Source: Strigamia acuminata
Taxonomy: Eukaryota
Assembly: GCA_949358305.1 (NCBI GenBank)
Contig: OX442314.1
Location: 4,960,001 to 5,024,000 of the forward strand
Direction: 5' to 3'
Length of the DNA stretch: 64,000 nucleotides
Shown: one piece after another, positions 58,001-64,000 of the stretch
How the letters are laid out: every line of letters begins with the position of its first letter
How positions within the stretch are numbered: position 1 is the stretch's first letter
Translations under genes and position numbers: made by a program
The notes under the pieces: model-generated
Told to the model about the DNA's origin: nothing
The model's input: the letters and a program-made list of their open reading frames with translations, nothing else
Database searches by the model: none

Positions 58001-61000
58001 TTTTAGTATAAAAACTGCATTTTCTGTTTAAAATTACATTTTAATGCTCATTGCATTTTAGTGCCTAAAAACTGCATTTTACTGCCCACAACCTGCACTT
58101 TACTAGATTTGCTGCATTTCACAGCATTTTTCTTACAGCATTTTTCTGCCTAAAAATGCATTTTATGCTTAAAAACTGCATCTTATGCTTAAAAACTACA
58201 TTTTATGCCTAAAAACTGCATTTCATGCTTAAAAACTACATTTTACTGCCCAAAAACTGCATTTTATGCTTAAAAACTACATTTTACTGCCCATAAACTG
58301 CATTTTATGCTTTAAAAATTGCATTTTTTGCTTAAAAACTGCATTTTATGCTTAAAAACTGCATTTTATGCTTAAAAACTGCATTTTATGCTTAAAAACT
58401 GCATTTTAAGCTTGAAAAACTGCATTTTACTGTCTAAAAACCTAAAAAAAAATGCAAATTCCTCCCATTAATCCCCCAAATTTCCCCAAACCCGAACGAA
58501 CCATTCACGGCGCCCTCCTCTCTCTCTCCCCTCAGATCGACTCCACCTGGATCGTGTACAACAAACCCAAAGGCACCAACGAAATGCCCATGGAACACGC
58601 CGGCTTCCTCATGTCGCTCGGCCTCAACGGACACCTCAACAACCTCGCCATCATGAACATCCACGACTACCTCTGCAAGGGACACGAAATGACCAGCGTC
58701 GGACTCATCCTCGGCATAGCCGCCGCAAAGTACCCAAATCCCGACCAAAAAACCGCAAAATCCCGGCTAAAATAAAACCAAAACCTTTCGCAGACGCGGC
58801 ACGATGGACATGGCCATCACCAAGCTGCTGAGCATTCACGTGGAGGCGCTGCTGCCGGCCACGTCCACCGAGCTGGACGTGCCGCATTTGGTGCAGGTGG
58901 CCGCCATTTTGGGCATCGGGTTGGTGTATCAGGGCACGAACCACAGGCACATGTCGGAGGTGCTTTTGACGGAGATCGGACGTCCGCCGGGGCCCGAGAT
59001 GGAGAATAGTAACGATAGGGAGTCGTATTCGTTGGCGGCGGGGCTCGCGTTGGGGCTCGTGACGTTTGGGGTGGGTTTGTTTGGTTTTTGGGGGTTTTTT
59101 GAGGGTTTTTTTGATGTTTTTGTTTTTTTTTTAGTCTGGGAATGATACGGCGGGGAGGATTAATCTGAGCATGTCGGATCAGCTTTATCATTATATGGTC
59201 GGAGGTCATAAACGGTCTTTGGTGAGTAAGTGGGTTTGTTGATTTTTTTGGATTTGGTTTGTTGATTTTTTAATGTTTTGTTAAATTTTTTTTAGTTTAT
59301 TTTAAATTTTGATATTTTTTTGATATTTTTTTTATGTTATCTATCGATTTTTTTATATCTTTCGATTTTTTGATGTTTTTAGTCGATTTTTTATATCTTT
59401 CGATTTTTTTATGATATCTTTCGATCTTTTTATGATATCTTTCGATTTTTTGATGTTTTTAGTCGATTTTTTTTATATCTTTCTATTTTTATTGATATCT
59501 TTTGAATTTTTAAGATATCTATCGATTTTTTTATATCTTTCGATGTTTTAAGATAGCTTTCAATTTTTTTTGATGTTTTTAGTCGATTTTTTGACGTTTT
59601 TGGTCGATTTTTTGACGTTTTTGGTCGATTTTTTGATGTTTTTGTCGTTTTCTTTGCTCTTATGTCGAGTTTTTGATTTTTAAGTCGACTTTTTGAGTTT
59701 TTTGGTCGCCTTTTTGATTTTTTAGTCTACGTTTTGACTTTTTAGTTGCCTTTTTGATTTTTTAGTCGATTTTTTAAAAATGTTTTTGTATAATATTTCA
59801 TTTTTTAGTCGATTTTTTTAACTTTTGCAGGATTTTTAATGTTTTTAGTCGATTTTTTTCATATCTATCAATTTTTTTATGCTTTTAGTCGATTTTTTAA
59901 AAATATTTTTGCAAGATATTTTATTTTTTTCTCGATCTTTTTAACTTTTGCAGGATTTTTAACATTCTAGTCGATTCTTTTGCTCGTTTTCCGAGTAGAC
60001 TTTTCCATTTTTCATTTTTTCCCTCAATCAATTCCTTACTTCTTCAGCTTGGAATCCACAAGGAGAAATACAAGTCGCCGAGTTACCAAATCAAAGAAGG
60101 CGAATCTGTAAACATCGACGTCACCAGCCCCGGCGCCACCCTCGCCTTAGCCATGATGTACTTCAAGACCAACAACAAGTAAACCAACAACCCACAACAA
60201 CACAAAAAACACCTCCAAAACATTCCTTTTCGTTGCAGCGCCGTCGCCAGCTGGATGGCCGTGCCCGAAACACAATTCCTCCTCGATTTCGTCCGACCGG
60301 ATTTCCTACTTTTACGCGTAAATCGAAAAAATAAAAATTAAAAAATTAAAAAATTAAAAAATTAAAAAATTAAAAAATTAAAAATAAAAAATAAAAAAAT
60401 AATAAAATTAAAAAATTAAAAATTAAAAATAAATAATATTAAAAAATTAATTTGGCTAAATTTCTGCAGACGTTCAGCAAGAGTTTGATATTGTGGGACG
60501 ACGTGGTGCCGTCAAGCAAGTGGGTCGAGAGTCACATCCCCAAACTCGTGTCGTCGACGGCGTTCAAGAAAAACAAGGACGACGAAACCATCGATTACGA
60601 AACGATGAAGTAATTGACGAGATTAAAGAAAAATTAGATTTTTTTATTTTTTTTTTATTTTATTTTTATTTTTTTTAGTCAAGCTTATTGTAACATCGTT
60701 GCCGGCGCTTGTTTGGGTTTGGGGTTTCGGTTTGCAGGGTCGGCGAATGAAGAAGCGTACAACACACTGGTAAAATTGTTTTTGTTTGTTTTTGTTTTTG
60801 TTTTTGTTTTTTATTGTTGTTTGTTTTTTGTTTATTTTTAGACGAAGTACGTGAAAATGTTTATTAGCGTGACGTGTAAGCACACTGGAGAGCCGGCCGG
60901 ACGTAGCACTTTGGAAAATTGTCTTAATGTTACCGTTCTTTCGCTAGCGATGGTAATGATAATATATAACAGATAAATGACATTCATGAAATTTATGAAC

Positions 61001-63540
61001 TTTTTGAAATTTTGAAATTTAGGAAATTTAGGAAATAATTGATCTGCCACTAGTGGGACTTAGTAAATTAACTAAACCTGATTTAATTGTAAAATTTTAT
61101 CAAATTTCATCAAATTTCTTCGAATTTCTTCAAATTTCATCAAATTTCTTCAAATTTCATCAAAATTTTTGTCAAATTTCATCAAAATTTTATCAAATTT
61201 TATCAAAATTTTATCAAATTTCATCAAAATTTTATCAAATTTTATCAAAATTTTATCAAATTTCATCAAAATTTTATCAAATTTCATCAAAATTTTATCA
61301 AATTTCATCAAAATTTTATCAAATTTCATCAAAATTTTATCAAATTTCATCAAAATTTTATCAAATTTCATCAAAATTTTATCAAATTTCATCAAAATTT
61401 TATCAAATTTCATCAAAATTTTATCAAATTTCATCAAAATTTTATCAAATTTCATCAAAATTTTATCAAATTTCATCAAAATTTTATCAAATTTCATCAA
61501 AATTTTATCAAATTTCATCAAATTTCTTCGAATTTCTTCAAATTTCATCAAAATTTTATCAAATTTCATCAAAATTTTATCAAATTTCATCAAAATTTTA
61601 TCAAATTTTATCAAAATTTTATCAAATTTCATCAAAATTTTATCAAATTTCATCAAAATTTTATCAAATTTCATCAAAATTTTATCAAATTTCATCAAAA
61701 TTTTATCAAATTTCATCAAAATTTTATCAAATTTCATCAAAATTTTATCAAATTTCATCAAAATTTTATCAAATTTCATCAAATTTCTTCGAATTTCTTC
61801 AAATTTCATCAAATTTCTTCAAATTTCATCAAAATTTTTGTCAAATTTCATCAAAATTTTATCAAATTTTATCAAAATTTTATCAAATTTCATCAAAATT
61901 TTATCAAATTTCATCAAAATTTTATCAAATTTCATCAAAATTTTATCAAATTTCATCAAAATTTTATCAAATTTCATCAAAATTTTATCAAATTTCATCA
62001 AAATTTTATCAAATTTCATCAAAATTTTATCAAATTTCATCAAAATTTTATCAAATTTCATCAAAATTTTATCAAATTTCATCAAAATTTTATCAAATTT
62101 CATCAAATTTCTTCGAATTTCTTCAAATTTCATCAAAATTTTATCAAATTTCATCAAAATTTTATCAAATTTCATCAAAATTTTATCAAATTTTATCAAA
62201 ATTTTATCAAATTTCATCAAAATTTTATCAAATTTCATCAAAATTTTATCAAATTTCATCAAAATTTTATCAAATTTCATCAAAATTTTATCAAATTTCA
62301 TCAAAATTTTATCAAATTTCATCAAAATTTTATCAAATTTCATCAAAATTTTATCAAATTTCATCAAAATTTTATCAAATTTCATCAAAATTTTATCAAA
62401 TTTCATCAAAATTTCATCTAAATTTATCAAATTTCATCTAAATTCTTTCAAAATTAACTCAAATTTTGTTCAAAATTAACTCAAATTTTGTTCAAAATTA
62501 ACTCAAATTTTGTTCAAAATTAACTCAAATTTTGTTCAAAATTAACTCAAATTTTGTTCAAAATTAACTCAAATTTGTTTCAAAATTAACTCAAAATTGT
62601 TTCAAAATTAACTCAAAATAAACTCAAATTTGGTTCAAAATTCACCAAAATTAACAACACGCCATTTTTATTTCACCAGGTGATGGCGGGCACCGGCGAC
62701 TTAGAGGTGCTTCGAATCTGCCGCTTCATGCACTTCCGTCTCGGCCAAAGCAACAACTTCATTCTCTACGGCTCTCACCTAGCCACCCACATGGCTCTCG
62801 GACTCCTATTCCTCGGCGGCGGAGCGTAAATTAAACCCCAAAAACAAAACAAAAACCAAAAATAATCCAAAATCTCCAGATACACACTCAGCACCAATCC
62901 ATTCGCAGTCGCCGCCATGATCTGCGCCTTCTTCCCCAAATTTCCCATCCACAGCAGCGACAACAGGTGCAACAACCAACCCAAAATCCAAAACCAATCG
63001 AATAAACCCAAAAAATCGTTTCCAGGTACCACTTGCAAGCGTTTCGCCATTTATACGTGCTCGCCGTCGAACCACGACTCGTCATACCACGTGACATCGT
63101 CACCAATAGCGTTTGCTACACAGAATTGAACATAAAATTCAAAGTAAAGCAAAAATTAATTATTATTATTATTATTTTTAAATTATTTTTTGATTTTAGG
63201 ACACAAAATGGTACAAGAACGTGAATTATAAGGTGAAGGCGCCATGTTTTTTGCCCGAGTTGGATTTATTGGAGGAGGTATGGTTGTTTGTTGTCATGGT
63301 GATGGGAATTTAATTTGAGTGGCTTTTGGTGGAATTTAATAGGCGGGAAATGGGTTTCCGGGGGGATGATTTGATTGGTTTGTTTGTTTTGTTTAGGTAT
63401 CGGTTGACGACCCGCGGTATTGGCCGATTAGGTTTTGTTGCGATGAGAATTGGAATTCGTTGAAGTCGTTGCTGCATAATCGAGGAATGATGTTTGTCAA
63501 GCAGAAAGCTGGTTATTTGTCTTATGTCGAGGATCCACGG
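46028..63540 (+). CDS. ANAPC1: Anaphase-promoting complex subunit 1 (APC1); first 33 exons, 3' end beyond window
   Basis: Spliced by hand into an open frame with GT-AG introns. Exons: 46028-46234, 46316-46480, 47726-47798, 47867-47964, 48022-48101, 48738-48835, 48926-49062, 49789-49985, 50055-50231 (or 50234), 51353-51542, 51601-51801, 52772-52903, 52958-53018, 53331-53599, 54325-54819, 54885-54963, 55717-55821, 55895-56160, 57193-57377, 57453-57654, 58536-58729, 58794-59070, 59135-59221, 60048-60178, 60239-60317, 60470-60609, 60679-60769, 60842-60952, 62680-62825, 62880-62966, 63026-63143, 63200-63277, 63397-63540. APC1 motifs recognised: MIAAGDLQDFAPFGR, VQQALWCD, LPTIFSLLHPLDEITP, WPLFHNGVAAGL, EHAGFLMSLGLNGHL, EIGRPPGPEME, DRESYSLAAGLALG, NIDVTSPGATLALAMMY, DFVRPDFLLLR, YHLQAFRHLYVLA. 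Confidence 0.97.
46620..59960. repeat. Series of distinct intronic minisatellites in ANAPC1
   Basis: 46620-47650 (31 and 20 bp), 48160-48660 (20-21), 49130-49750 (51), 50270-51300 (about 41-42), 51940-52640 (30-31), 53060-53330 (21), 53606-54290 (GGGCCC), 55070-55560 (about 30), 56180-57150 (GGGCCC), 57740-58430 (21/20), 59340-59960 (about 20-21). Confidence 0.9.
61095..62650. repeat. Highly homogeneous 21-bp arrays in ANAPC1 intron 28
   Basis: AAATTTTATCAAATTTCATCA (61095-62410, with a 669-bp higher-order duplication), then AAATTAACTCAAATTTTGTTC (62450-62650); a 30-bp array follows at 63610-63900. Confidence 0.95.
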
Positions 63541-64000
63541 GTTGAGTGAATTTTGTTTATGGGTTTGCGAGTTTGGTGGAAATTTAGCGGAAAGTTGGGG
63601 GATTTTGGTGGGATTTTGTTGAAATTTGTCGAAAAATTTAGAAATTTTGTTGAAATTTGTCGAAAATTTCGATATTTTGTTGAAATTTGTCGAAAATTTC
63701 GATATTTTGTTGAAATTTGTCGAAAATTTCGATATTTTGTTGAAATTTCTCGTAAATTTTCGATATTTTGTTGAAATTTCTCGAAAATTTTCGATATTTT
63801 GTTGAAATTAATTTTGTTGAAATTTCTCGAAAAATTTATAAATTTTGCTGAAATTTCTCGAAAAATTAGGAAATTCCGTTCAAATTTATCGAAAAATCGT
63901 GTAGTTTTATTGAAATTTTGTTTGAATGTTTTGAAAAATTGTGTAAATTCATCTAAATTTTGTTTTAATTTATAGAAATTTGTCTAATTTTGATGAAATT

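Noticed and set aside
61053..62479. Long ORFs of 436-462 aa made of (ISSKFYQ)n / (SNFIKIL)n
   Set aside because: Translations of a stop-free 21-bp minisatellite inside ANAPC1 intron 60953-62679; open in several frames on both strands.

Overview
Intron-rich, AT-rich animal DNA, most likely an invertebrate bilaterian (inferred from the proteins; species not identified). In about 1-24 kb I recognise no host gene. It is a mosaic of GC-richer, motif-dense non-coding islands separated by minisatellite arrays and small DNA transposons. From 24.8 kb onward I reconstructed by hand: a 13-exon, apparently catalytically dead M28/NAALADase-like gene (minus); two decayed paralogues of an LRR-like gene broken by a MULE-like element, a satellite and a Gypsy remnant; a nest of MITEs and a solo LTR; a complete 14-exon GALNT2 (minus, two GC-AG introns); and, head-to-head with it, the first 33 exons of ANAPC1 (plus, running off the window). 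The most striking feature is architectural. The window is cut into roughly 0.3-2 kb islands by unrelated minisatellites whose unit lengths are mostly multiples of about 10 bp. Most islands read A/C-rich at the left end and G/T-rich at the right end on the + strand, whichever way the gene runs. The polarity is strong enough to set synonymous codon choice and to remove polypyrimidine tracts. Splice donors are also very degenerate. All coordinates and counts were made by eye; no database searches were run.
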